A stretch of DNA of 64,000 bases from Chrysomallon squamiferum. Its lineage: Eukaryota > Animalia > Mollusca. Shown piece by piece: positions 1 to 14,012 of the stretch. The DNA lies in contig CM022665.1 in assembly GCA_012295275.1 (NCBI GenBank), positions 10,850,001-10,914,000 on the forward strand, written 5' to 3'. The stretch's first letter is position 1, and the number at the start of each line of letters is the position of its first letter. Both the position numbers and the translations under genes were made by a program. A model generated the notes under the pieces. That model did not search any database. It was given only the letters and a program-made list of their open reading frames with translations, and was not told the origin of the DNA.

Positions 1-965
1 ATTAATGTAGTGCTCAATATCACAAATTCTGATAATATATTTATATTTTTACACTGATGACTGAATGCATTATCATCCATTCCCAAAATATGACTAAGTA
101 AAAGATACAATTGTACCATGTAGTTTATTAAAACAAAATAATTTAAAAAAAAAAAAAAAAAAAAAAATCAAATTTAAGTTTTAAATAAGAATGTACATAA
201 TTTGCATGTAAACATTTCATACAATATTTTTTTTTTTTTTAAATCAAAGTAATAATATATTAAATAACAAATAAAAATCAATATCTTGTGTGCCTAAAGC
301 ACAAACCTCACATCCAAAAATTGCAATTTAGAACATCCAGTGTTTACACAAAATGTGATAGAATATTGTACAGTAAGTATGTGACATAGAATAACCACAC
401 CTAACAAATAACCTGAATTGTTTTTAACAGTGCTTTAAGACTAAGAGAAGTTGAAAAAAATGGATGTATGTCTGTCAAAAATTCATTGTCATCTTTCTTC
501 CATATATAAGCATACATATGTGTACTTACAAAAATAAAGCATAAACAACAGACACTTAATTTAAAGCAATCAAACTGTTAAAGTATTTTCATTAAGAAAT
601 ATGTTTTTAAAATTAAGGTTTTCTTTATTTCCACATATTTATAAAACAAAATCTTGACATTAATATACATATGCATAAAAACCTCATTTAAGTAATAAAT
701 TAAAAAAGTAATTTATGAAATATTAATTAACTATATATATATATTATCTTGGAGAAAATGTAATTTATCATTTACTTAAAAGAAAGTGTTAATAACAAGT
801 TTTAAGATCTAGTATTTTTACTACATGGTAAGGCATTTATAAAATCAAATATTTACAGGTTATTTATATACACCTGCAACAATGCACTTTGAAACTTGTA
901 ATGAAATTAATGCTAGTTTGCTTTTTGTTTTCTGTTCAGTATGAACACATTCCTGGAAATCTCAC

Positions 966-1021
966 CCATTCATGTGTATTTTAACATGTTGAATCTTGAC
1001 ACCAGTTTTATTGTCAGTCAC
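966..1021 (-). other. Candidate exon of an unidentified gene running off the left edge
   Basis: Acceptor aatcttaatttcAG and donor GG|GTGAGA flank 56 nt open in one frame only (VTDNKTGVKIQHVKIHMNG). A candidate upstream donor GTAAGT lies at 2390-2395 in a CpG-retaining region. Confidence 0.4.
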
Positions 1022-1716
1022 CTGAAATTAAGATTTAAATAAACTGATAATACCTATACATTATTATACCAAATTTATGAAGCCTGTTTTGCTTGTCTGC
1101 ATGTTACTATATGCATTACAATGCTTAAACACATATTTAGCTTTAAGAAAAACAAGACTTCATAATTTGGCTCATATTATATGCAAATGGATAAAAGCTT
1201 GTAATTAACTTTCTTTTAAAGAAATCTGCCAGTGTTGGTATCTGTATTAACTTGGATTTATCACATTAAATCATGAATGAAATTCATTAAGCTTTGATTC
1301 ATGCAGACATTTTGTGTCATTCTTCCAACTAACTGATGTGCTGTTTTTGTGTGAATGTATGTGTGTGAATATACAGTATTAATGCACGTACACATATATA
1401 TGAATTAACACCAATATTATAACAATTAAGAAAAACAAAAATAAAATAAAAATATTCATATATATTCACATTAATGAGCATTAATGTTTAAATAGCTAGT
1501 AATGACAATTTGTTAATTATTAAGATTAATATATTAATAAAACAAGACCAATATTATGAATATATTTATTAAGCATTAAGTTACACAGACTGCAGCACAT
1601 CACTGCATGTGTATCTATATATTCTATTCATGTTAAGTGGGGTTATTTACAGAATAGAAAATAATAAATAACAGTTGCATGCATTATTCATAAAATGTTC
1701 CATTTGTTTTAACAAT

Positions 1717-1756
<40 letters not shown>

Positions 1757-2593
1757 AACTTATAAATATGTCCATATTTCTGATATTTCTATATTTGGCT
1801 TGGATATTCCTTTAATTTAATTTTTAAAAACAGTTTTAAATGCAAAACCGAAGTAATAAAGTTATAAACAGTTTGTTAGTATTAATAATTAAATTCGTTA
1901 AGATATTTTAATATGGTTTTACTTTAATTTTAGATAATAAGATAGTGTCTAAAAGGAGATTGTTGTTTCATGTTTTAATAAATTAAATTAAATGTATATT
2001 TTCTGAAAAATAATAGTAGTAATAATTAAAAAACTTCAGCTAGCATAACGGCTGCAAAGTGTAATGGAAGTATTTATATTCGTAATATTCTTATATTGTG
2101 TATCAATATATCATTATATGTATGCCTTTGTCACAATTTGGGTCTTCTATTCACCGTTTAACTCAGCTTTAATATCCAAAATCCGTAAAACATTACAGAC
2201 ATTCCTCATTCTGATCCTAACAGTAATATGAGTAAATTGTTAGTAACATAATTCATCAAATAATTAACAGTCCCTTGCCTCAAATTTTTAAAAATAATAA
2301 ATTAACTGAAAAAAAATTGAAAACGAATAAGGCTCAAGAAGATATATTAAAGATCGTATTCTGTTTAAAACATTATGAATTACATATATACTTACATTTA
2401 CGCAACAGAAATGATGAGCCTATGCATTTATTCAAATTTAAAAAAAGAAAATAACTAAAAAAAAAAGATGCCCAATAGCATCTTTCAACAAGTGACTCAA
2501 CAAAATAAAATGTCAGTGAATTGTGTAGGGGAAACAACTCTATGTAACCGGGGCTTTTTTTAGTTACGTCAAACTTTCTTTTTGTAAATATGA

Positions 2594-2722
2594 ATTAATT
2601 AAATTTATTTTCTCACTGTCATCAAAAATGGAGTGCAGTATAACTGATAATGTCTGTGGATTAATTAAATTTATTTTCTCACTGACATTAAATATGGAGT
2701 GCAGTATAACTGATAATGCCTC
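2594..2722. repeat. Tandem duplication, 66-bp unit x2
   Basis: attaattaaatttattttctcactg..atggagtgcagtataactgataatg starts at both 2594 and 2660. Confidence 0.9.
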
Positions 2723-2742
2723 TCGTCAACATTACTATAAAG

Positions 2743-3006
2743 CACTAGTTTTCAACCTTTTTCATACCGTGACCCCTTATGAGCACATCAGTATGACCGA
2801 TGGCCCCCTTTAAAATTTTTGATTCAATAGTATCTAGGGTTACCATATTATCATCAACCAAAGACAGTACCATAGGAATCTATATTCTCTATGACGGGTC
2901 CCAAACCTATCTTCACGTTTTTATTTATTCCTCCTTCCAAGTCAAGTTGAAAAAAGCTAAAATATACCCTCGCTCAAGAACGATAATGCCAGGTTGAAAA
3001 CCTATG
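2743..3006. mobile_element. Non-autonomous hAT-type DNA transposon (MITE), 264 bp
   Basis: Imperfect TIRs CACTAGTTTTCAACCT / AGGTTGAAAACCTATG (Charlie-like CAGTGGTTTTCAACCT). 8-bp TSD ctataaag (2735-2742) / caataaag (3007-3014), 7/8 match. Confidence 0.75.
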
Positions 3007-4163
3007 CAATAAAGTATAATACTGCGTACCTCATTACATGCACAAAGGAAATGGTTAATAATAGATGTTTATCTCAGAATAGCCATGATCAAAATTGAAT
3101 ATTATATGCATATCCGTTCTTTCACTTAAAATTTGTGTCTTCTTGAAACCACCCACCCACACAAAAAGGCAATAATTTCATATAATAACATTTAAAAAAT
3201 AGCATGGTTGTTGTTGTTGTTGTTATTATTATTATTATTATTATTATTAAATGTATATAGTCATGAGTTGATTGGAGGGCAACATATAAATATTTATATT
3301 TTCTTTTGAATTACAAACAAACCAAACATTTCTAAATTATTTAATGTAACACTACAATAATCTAATTTAAACGATTTCCTTTTATGAAAAAAATAAAAAT
3401 TATATAAATTATCAGCAACGTAATTAAATGCTTTTCGATAAACCAGACATATTTAAAACATGTCAGAAGTCAAATGAAGGTTTCTTTTAAACATATATAT
3501 CCAGTGACAAAAGGATACACAAAGTGATGTTTTCCCCCTGCTTTTTAGTTTCCAGCATAAATCCAAATATGAGGAAATATTTGATTATATACAAATATCT
3601 ATAAAACCAGTGTCCCTCTGTGAAAATGAGCATACTGAGATACTTTAAAAGACAGCTTCTTCAGAATGATGAAGAAATAAATAATAATGAAAACACTCAG
3701 CTTAAAGTTTTCCTGACCTCAGTCTCACAGACCATAGCATAGCCCTAGTTCCTAAAACAGGATATATTATTATAAAAATAAATGTTTTCTTTCTCCAAAT
3801 TCGTTTATGCCATTTTATTTATTCTTTGGCAAATATTTTCTTTTGATCATTAGAATATGATATGTTTTGCCAGTCGACAGGTTATTTTTTATTTTTTTTA
3901 TTTTTTACAAGTTATATTCAGCACAATGATGATGCAAAAGGCTTTTTCTGATATTGTGGATGTATAATGTACACTTGGTTAGTTATTGTTATAATTTGAT
4001 ATGCAAGAAATGGCCAGTTCTGTCTCCAGCTTGAAGAGATGAATTACAAATGAAACTGTAATAACATTAAATGAAATACTATAAATTACATTCAGATTAT
4101 AAGAAAAAAAGAGTTTTTTTTGTTGTTTTTTTGCACTGTGTATAGTTTTATTATATATCTATG

Positions 4164-7100
4164 TCACACGTCAAATTTTTCAGAACATATATTATGTCCA
4201 TGTTCATCATATTGTTGTCGAGTTACAACCATTCTGGAAAAATTGGGATCACTTGCTAACAAGCTGCCACCTTCCCAAGCATATGTCATAGGCCTGAGAA
4301 AAACAAAACAAACATTAAGATTATAATCTTTAGCAAACAAAATTAATCATTTCATAATTAATGCTATTTTTTTTTAACATTGGTTAAATCCATATATACT
4401 TCTCAAAAATTTAATTTATAAATCAAAATATGAGGCTTGCAAATTTGGTAATAAAATAATAAACTGAATATCAAATATTTGTCATTTCTTGATTAACTGA
4501 ATGTCAAATAGCTTGCAGAAAAACATACAACCAATTTTCTTTGTCAGAATCAGATTTTTGGTAAGCAAAGAAACCACTGAAAAGGCTTTAATTATTAAGT
4601 GGCAAAATTCAACTAAAACATGTACACTTACCTTTTTGGTAATGTAACCTGCACATCATACTCTTCTGGAGCTAAACTTCTCACCTCAGCATATCTTTAA
4701 AACAAAAAATTTATAAATTTAAAAAACACATCCAGTCATCATTTAAAATACACATGCATTATTTTTGTAATCTTGGTTGCTATTTTTTTTCCAAATGTGA
4801 TGATGTGAAAAAAAAAAAAAAATGAAAAATGTTTTATAAATATAAAAAATGAATACTTATGTTTATTTTAAATATTAACCAGCCTGCTATAAATTCTCTG
4901 TATGTATGAATTTCTGTATTTTTAATTTTTTTCTGTCATGTTTAAAAAGTTTAGAAAAATGAAAGAAAGAGCTATATACTCACAAACGTTCATCAAATCC
5001 TTGAAGGTGACAGTTTCCACCAGTTAATACAATGTTAGACAACATGTGAGGCCTCATTTCTGAGATAAGATAAAAACACAAATGCTAAAAAAATAACCTA
5101 AAGAAGCAACATATATAACAAAAATTAAGTTTAAAATATTTTTTATTCCTAGATAAGATAGTACCAAGAATTTAGAAGACATGGGACCTGGTTTAAAAAA
5201 ATAAATATCCCTACTGAATTATGTATGGATTGTGTAATACTTTTCTAAATTTAATTTCTTCACAGGCGTCTATGTTCCTTCAAAATGATTTAACACAAAA
5301 GTTATTATTAGTAAAAAAAAAATATATTTTATTTTACCTTCTGGTAATGAGTTAACTGAATGCAGAATTGCTTCTGGGATTCCCATTTCATGAATTCCTA
5401 CATCAGATGGCTGAAATAGCAGTTCTGGAACTGCAAATCTTTCATTATTCATCCGAATTAGCTGAAAATAAAAAGTTAAAAAATATTTGTTTCACATTTA
5501 TAACAACACTGTTAAAGAACACTGATTTTGGATGTCAAAATTTTATTCTTCTTACATGGATTTTTAATACTGTCTTTTATCCACCATATAGCATAAACTA
5601 TAAGCCTTGATTTACCAGTTAAACAACTGTACAATGTGTACTGACTGTGACAGAAAGCAGATCAAATAAAGACTGCTTTACTATCATGCAATAACAAGCC
5701 TGTTGAAAAAAAAGAAATAAAAAATTAAATTATTTAAAACAAAATATTTGACGATTTTTTATTTGTTTTGAACTATAAATCACAATTTCAAATCTCTAAA
5801 AATTGTTTTATTTTTATTTGAATTTTACTATACTGATACATTTAACCCTAATAAATTATAATCAACAAAATGTAACCTTTGAAAATGAACAAAAATATTT
5901 AAATTATTTTGTACCTGTTCATTTTCTTTGGCCTTGCCAGTTGTTTCTTCAAGTGTACGTACATAACCTCTCTTTATGTGAGTATAATCAGGTAACACAT
6001 AATCTCTAGCTACTGTATTTTCTTTGCCTTTTTTTCTGAAAATATACAAGATTTTTCTTCTCATCTGCATAACAATTAATCACAAAATATGGTATTCAGG
6101 TACAAAACAATTACAATAACAGAAATACAAAACAGTGGTTCAACATTTGAAATTTATTTTTAAATAAAAAAATAAGCCTAAATTATATATTCTGACAAAT
6201 TTGCTTTTCTATATTTGTCTTTTATATTAACCTATGAATATGAATTCACACAGCAAAAGATTAGTTTTATACATAAATACTCCCCAGTTTACATGGATAG
6301 CTCACTCTGCAAAACATAAATTATACTGTATACAGTATTAGTGTGTCACAGACAAAAACATACTGATTGTTTAATTTTAAGAAATTATAACTTCTCAGCT
6401 CAATAAAAAGGATAAGAGTCAAGACTATAAAATAATATTTACTGAGATATTTCCATGTCTTTTGTGAACTGTGATGAAACATAGCAGACATCTTCTTTCA
6501 CTTGATTCACAACATACGTTTCATCCATTACCATAAGCTGTCTGTGGTATAAAAAATAATAATAACAGTATCCATAAAAATACACGTAAATTTTTTTCAA
6601 AATAAACATCAACTTTTAAAACAATTAATCACATTAAAAATTTATAAAATAAATTAATATGAAAATCTATCTTAAAACAAATGGATATTAGTAAGTACGG
6701 CAGTAATTTACTTATTATTTTAAAAAACAAAAACACAATCGGAAATTTTCACAAAGTAAATAAAATAAACATGCAATGATGCATTATAAAAGAATGAAAA
6801 AAAAAAGATCAAAATTACAGTAACAATTCAGTTAACAAAACAAAGGCAGTTTTTAGAGGCAAGACTAATATCAAAATGATGAAAATTTTAAATAAATGGT
6901 AAGAATAAATGATTTGGTAAAAAGTGTATATAAATTACCTGTATGAGATGATTTCTTTGAGATGATTTGTTAAAATTTTTCCTCCAATATTTATTCTGCA
7001 AATAAGAATAACATTCACTGAGACAAGAATCACAGATAACATTACACTTAAAACTTCAACAATTCTTCCAAATAATAACTGCTGTGACACTTTTCACTGG

Positions 7101-7436
7101 GTTTTTATCTTAATTTGTTTTTTTTTAATGTTACAAACTTGTAGACAATTGAAACTTATCATTTGAACACTGTTCTTTAATTTTGCATAATCCATACTAA
7201 ACATATATGTTGTATTTTTTTTAAATTCTTGTTATTTCAAGTTTCAATGAACAATAAAATATTATACAGTAATATTTTACCTTCTTATTGATTCTTTGAG
7301 TTTCCTGTTTTTGTAGAATGGAACTAAATGTGTAAATGAAAAACCAGAATCAACCACCATCGTACATAAGTGTTTATTTTTTGCCTCTTTTTCTGCTTTG
7401 TACTGACTCAAATGGGGTGCTGAAAACAGGTGGAAA

Positions 7437-7483
<47 letters not shown>

Positions 7484-9542
7484 TACTTGAAATTGTTTAT
7501 TATCATAATTATTTTTAATTTGATGTCAAAATAACTAGTATTTGAAGAAATGAAGAATTATTGATATATACAAGTTTACCATGTTATCAGAGTATATTTA
7601 CTAATTATTAATACTACAGATGTAATACATGTTAATTAAACATTTACTGATATACATTGTCTTTATAAGATGAAATGTGATTAAAAATTCGAATTTAAAA
7701 CTTTTATAACACATATTCTCTACAGTTTTAATAACATCTGGATAAAAAAACATTTCAAAATTAGTACAATTTGTAGAAATAAGCTTTAAAACTTATGCAG
7801 CCAGAATGCATGGGGAATAATTTTAAACTCAAAATGATTTTAACAGTTTTAAAAAGAATATGTGGTAAATATTTACTTTACCATTGCACCTGTAGATTTC
7901 TTTGAACTGGTATTCTTCAAAGAAAATTTCATTCATTGATTCTTGAATAGATTCAAAGTTAAAACATGGTTCTGTGGCTATTAATGATGTATTACTAAAG
8001 TCCACCTGAACAAAAATTAATTCACCAGATAATATTATAAATTTGGTATGTATTTACGTTGGGATAAAAATATAAAACAAATTACACTTTTGTTAACTGT
8101 TATTATTAAGATCAATTACTTTTTAAATCATTAGATTAATGACTTTACCACAGGATTCAGAAATCAGCATAAATTGTGAACATCTGAAAATCTGTTAAAT
8201 TATTATTATTGTTTATTTTTATTTCTTCATACTCTAAAGAGCTTTATTTATTTGGAAGGAAATCACTCTTATAATTTATATCATCAAAAATTCAGTACAT
8301 CACTACAAGTCTCAATAAACAATTATAAATAATTTCATACAGATACTTGGTCTGATATTAATCCATTGCAATGTTAATTACATCTTTCTAAAAGAACAGA
8401 ACAAACCTTTAAACCATCTTTTCCAAAAGTATGATCCCAGATTTGTTTTTCCATTTCCCAATTAATAAGAAATCCCTGAAAAAGCAAAACAATATTTTCA
8501 CTATTTCAGTATGTATATATTTTTCTAAGTGTATGACATGCTTTAGTTTAGAAAATATATATGTTGAGTAAATTCCTGAATTAAAAAAAAAATAATAATT
8601 AAAATTCAGATTCTAAAAATGTAAGCAATATTAATTATTTATTAATAATATTAAAATAATATATATGTTATTTTATTTTTAAGTAAATTTAAAATATTTT
8701 GTAATTATTTCTAAAAAATAATAGTAATCATTATAAATACAAGCATCATCTAGCAGAGCCAATTAATCTAATGCTAAATTTAATTAGGTTAAGATTTATA
8801 CATTATAATGTATTTAGATTACTTTCTGAAATGGCAGCATATAGTAGAGCCCTGAGAGGTCTTTGCATTCATCAATCTGATCACCAATAAATATTCTGGT
8901 CCGCACATTTTTGGCTTTAGTTACACAATTTGGTACTATTCTGAAAACGAAAAATGCATAATAAGATTTAATTTGAATATATATAAATCCTGTGAAAAAA
9001 ACCTGTACAAATTTTAATACTGTATTAAGAAAAATCTGATATAACTAAAAATAAATATAATATTACTGTACTAAAATAACTGTTATACTGACTGACTCAC
9101 TTTATAAGTTTTAAACTTAAAACTGTTATAATAAATTATTTAATAATTATTTTCTTAACTTCAGTTGGTATTTATAACATTTTTAAAGAAATTCGTGAAT
9201 CAATGAAGAGACATTTTTAATATTTTTATGTTAAAAAAGAAGTAAATATTGCATGAATTCATGATTATCAAGTTAATAGATCATGTTTTATTAACTTTTG
9301 GAAGTTCTTCCAAAAGATCGAATCAATCTTCGAAAGTCTCGATGTTTTCTTAGTTTTAGACTTAGTTGTTTTTAATAAATCAATGTTAAACTGCTTGACA
9401 AATACTATTTTTATTAATATATCAGAGCCATTATATGAACTAAATCTTATCTGAATATATAACTTAATAACCTTGGCTCCTTGTCGGTAGAATAACCAAC
9501 TTTCATTGAACCTGCACCATTATCAAGAACAAGTACCGCCAT
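4164..9542 (-). CDS. ACTR6: Actin-related protein 6 (Arp6, SRCAP/SWR1 complex subunit), 12 coding exons, 396 aa
   Basis: Exons (minus): 9472-9542, 8823-8940, 8407-8475, 7882-8005, 7281-7419, 6939-6995, 6443-6541, 5915-6035, 5338-5461, 4984-5059, 4632-4694, 4164-4293. All introns are GT-AG with consistent phases; total 1191 nt. Protein reads MAVLVLDNGAGSMKVG...LYYMLPFQKGFLINWE...VVDSGFSFTHLVP...RDYVLPDY...NERFAVPELLFQPSDVG...NIVLTGGN...YAWEGG...EKFDV*, which are Arp6-diagnostic motifs. Confidence 0.97.
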
Positions 9543-9882
9543 TTTGCACAAACACTATTTGATTTTTGGTCATTATAATATTATTCCTTTAAGATATTAT
9601 TTTCAATCTAAAACTGTTATATATAGATATAATTTGGTATAACGATTAAAATAAATAATTGGAAAATAATTAAATCCTTTCAGGAATAAACAAAGGTCAA
9701 AATATATTTTACGACAAACAATAGCATGTGGTCGTTCTATTTTTAGATAAACTCGCTTCGTTCGTCTAACCAGGTTGTTGCCAAGTATATAACGCTGTCA
9801 TACATAATTGTAAGCTTAGGTGAGGCACATGTATTGAATTTGGCAAGCATTTATCAAACTTTCAAACTGTTGGGGGCTTGCG
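9543..9882. promoter_or_regulatory. Bidirectional promoter between ACTR6 and the F-box/WD40 gene
   Basis: Divergent ATGs are 340 bp apart. There is a local CpG cluster (about 9700-9800) in otherwise CpG-poor DNA. Confidence 0.8.
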
Positions 9883-10198
9883 ATGAACAAAGTTGAAAAC
9901 AAGAGATCTAAAGTAATTCAATTGCCTCAGTTGAAATTAACGCATCCACAAAATAAGGGAGATAGTGATAATGTGACAAGAGAGTCATTCACAGTATCAT
10001 GGAGGGGGTGTGGGGGTATACACCCCACCCAGAGTGGTGTAGAATTTGACAGACAGCTGGACAAAATTTCGATATGGCTGGAAAAATGGGACCATAATCA
10101 GGTATGCATCTTTTATGAAATTATTTTTATTATTTTGTTTTTAAAGTATTTATAATTAATTTTTGTTTTAATTAATTTAATTAATTTGTTTCATTCTT

Positions 10199-10229
<31 letters not shown>

Positions 10230-10309
10230 AAATTGTTATTGGAAAAAATATATACTGATAATATATATTTATTTATATATAATAATTTTGGTTTTAAGTG
10301 AGAAAATGA

Positions 10310-10346
<37 letters not shown>

Positions 10347-13300
10347 GATGATATTCACCTTTTATAAAATTATTTTGTTATGGGTTTATTATGATGTTCT
10401 AAAGCAAAGTATAATCTTTTTATTATATTTTTCATTGTTTATTTACATTTTTACTTGTAAGATTTTAACTTTTAGTTTATTCTATTTATTTAATTTTAGA
10501 TTTTCTATTTTTTCTATTCTTTTACTATTTTTGTTCACTTCTTTATTTTATATTTATTTATTTTTATTTATATATATTTTCTTAAAAATATTTTTCTTCT
10601 TTTCTTCTAATTAACACTATCATTATTTCCTTAACCAATGAATCTTTCTATTTCTTCTTAAGTCATGCTCATATTATTTTATCTAGATCAGAAAGGATCA
10701 GAAAGTTTTCATAAATTTAATCAACTAAAATTACTCCTAGATACTTATTTTCCACACATGTACATAAAGACAGATAGACACACACACACACACACACGTA
10801 CACACGTACACACACAACACCATAATTCATTGAATTATCAACAATTATTTTATAGAGAGTAAAAATAAAACTTTACTATACAAAGTTCAAATATCCAAAG
10901 TATTTTTTTTATCCAAACTACAGTATAAGTAAGTACACTAATTTCTAAACTGCTAAGCCTTTTCCAGAATATTAATAAACTGATAAGTCTTTTCAAGGCA
11001 ATCTTAGAGTTTAACCAGTTTATAAGAAGGCTCTGAACATTTTTGCTGTTTATGCTTATTAGGTAAGGCATACTTGACAAATCTATGCAATGTTATGATA
11101 ACCAGGCCATATGAAGTAATCATTTTGGCTAACCTTTATATTTTTAGTATTGTTGTTTTTATTTTTTTAATTATTTTTTTTAAAGTTAGTTCTCATAAAT
11201 ATGTCAGTTAATGGCAGTTAAATATTAGTTTTGTCATAAAGGATTTCAGTATGGCTTTCAAAATATTTACAGATGTAATTTAAATTATGGCTTCTAACAT
11301 TCCAAAACCTGTTGGTAAATCAATTATAGTTATGTAATTTATTTATAGCCTGTGGATAAAGGGATAAAGAGTTCTTGTTAAATCTCAGAACACTGAGTTA
11401 TGTCAGAATATAGACACACACACAAACACACATACAGAGCAAAAATTCAAAACACTGTTTTATGTTTGTGTGTATGTGTGTGTATGACTGTATGTATGTA
11501 TGCATTCTGATATAATTCTGGCATAACATACGTGTGTGTGTGTGTGTGTGTGTGGAAGCTCAGATGGTCAATGAGATGTTATGTACCACTCAGTATAAAG
11601 AAACCCAGCATCACCATTAATCCATTAGCCGTAACTGATCTTTTAATTGCTTTTTTATATATGATATAGTAGACTGTTGTTAATGGCAAATGAAAAAATT
11701 GTTGTTTTAAAAGGAATGGGCCCAAAAATGCCCTTTCAAAACACTGCTTTATCTATTGTTACATTAAGGCATAGTTTATCTTCATTGGGGACTGAACTTC
11801 AATCTAACACAATATAATTATTTTCTTTTTTCTTTTAAATGTTTCAGAAAAATTACCAATATTTAAAAACAAAATTTCAGAAAAATTTAGAGAAAACTAT
11901 ATCTAATTCTATTCTTACAAAAACATAACTAAATAATTTAAAAATCACTTTATATAAGTAAAAGAAACTATACTAAATCATAATTTTAGCATGAGGCTAA
12001 CTGCATGTCTAGTAGTGAGTCCAATGTTCATTTTAAAATATTTGCTAATTATACTGTTATTAGGACTGATTTGCAGCATGAACCACACACACACACATAA
12101 TTTTTTTTTTTTTTTCTGACTGAAATTTTCTAAATGTGATATTACTAACCAAAAAACAAAAAATCATAAATTTTGAAGAATTGCATTTACTGAAAATGAT
12201 TGCTTTGAGCTGGTAGCTGGCAAATATTTAAACTATGACAGAAGTAGATAATACCCAGGCACTGTACTGGAATACTGAAAAACACCATAAATTTTGTTAT
12301 AAATGTTACAAAACACACTATACTGCTATTGCTGTAGTAGTCAGTGAGTTTAAAGGGGAAATCAAAATCATGACTGCTGTAGCATGCGTTTTAATTGTTT
12401 GAATAGAGGTACAATGTCAGTGCTCACCAAAGGCTCTGTTTCCAACAGATACCCCCTTTAATGAAGAAAACTATAAAATATCTGAGAAAATATGATTAAA
12501 GAGAGAATCATATTTCCTAAATGTGTAAAAAATGAAAATGACATTCTTCTCTATTAAAATTATATTTTACAAATAATTTTGTTATTACTCACAGAATAAC
12601 AGTTCGCAGTAATTTCTTTTATGGCATTTATACATATAAAAGACCCAACAATTCTTCAGTAAAATAATAAATATTATATATGTATATATGCATGCATGTA
12701 TGATAAGTGAACAATATATATTTTATTATTTTTCAGTTTCAGATTAAATGTAGAAATATCATTGTGTCAATATTAAAACATTTCTCTGATGCTCCTTGAG
12801 TTTTGAATAGTCTGCTATAGATATCTTCTGGATAGTACTTTAATTGCTTATACCTGCAGATCCTATCAATCAAAATATTGTACTGTAGCATTTACTTGCT
12901 GTATTAGCATATACTTGTAATGTAGACACTCGTTTCATTACCCCTGTCAGTATCAAGAGGTAAGATACATTAAAAGATAAAGAGACATAAAGTGATTGCT
13001 GATATGAATATGTATTGACATGAAATAAACATAATATAGTGTGATACCATAGTGATATCAAGAAAAGCCTTAAGGATAGTATTATTTTCTGTCGGTATAG
13101 TTTCTTTTGATCAGATTTATTGTAATTAAAAATAGAATATTTAACTAGACATTGTAATTAAATACATTTTATAATTGTTTGATACACAAAAAAAAAAAAA
13201 TGTCATAAAAAAAAACCCAAAAGAAATATGTTTGTGATTTGGTTTATAATTATAGTTATTTGTTTAGTACACTTAATCCCGTCTGTAAATGTCATCCAGA

Positions 13301-13946
13301 TTCACTTTGTTTACTTCTGGGTTCTTATTTACCGTCTTCCTTCAAAGGAATGAGCCATCTTGGATCATGTTCCAAAGAATGAATTAACTACATCCGTGGA
13401 ATATAAATCATAATAAAATAAATTCTGATTTAAAATTCATACATTAAACTTTCAAAAAATTGTTACTCGAAAAACAAGACCAAGTTAAGATTTAAAAGTT
13501 GTTGTCTTATATAGGAACTATCATCATATAATATTTGGTTATATAGGTTTATGTAAAACAAAAGATAAGTAATTTTCTAAAATTTGTTTTGTTATTATTA
13601 GGTTCATTGACAACTTTCAACAAAGAGCTACACTTGAAGAAAACTAAAGATAATAATGTAGTTTTATGTTACCTAGCTCACATTACATTTTGTCATGATT
13701 GTAAAAATACATTAGTGTATATGTTTAAAAAAAAAAAAATGATTTAAAGTTTGTTTTATATTAGTTTCTATAACAAACTCTCAAAAACAAATAGACAAAT
13801 ATAAACAAAGATAAACCCCAAAACAACTACAAAACAAGTTGTATGTTATCAAAAACCAGTAGCTGTTCTAGAAGAAAAACTAAAAAATGCTCAAAAATTA
13901 TGTGTATCATAATACATTAGATTCTATCACAACCCTCAAACTCTAC

Positions 13947-14012
<66 letters not shown>

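Noticed and set aside
2628-2997. ORFs MECSITDN... and MAPFKIF...
   Set aside because: By-products of the 66-bp duplication and the MITE.
10186-10614. 142-aa F/L/I/Y-rich ORF (also 17736-18029, 20387-20824, 32562-32960)
   Set aside because: Translations of intronic (TTTA)n/T-rich low-complexity DNA, not membrane proteins.
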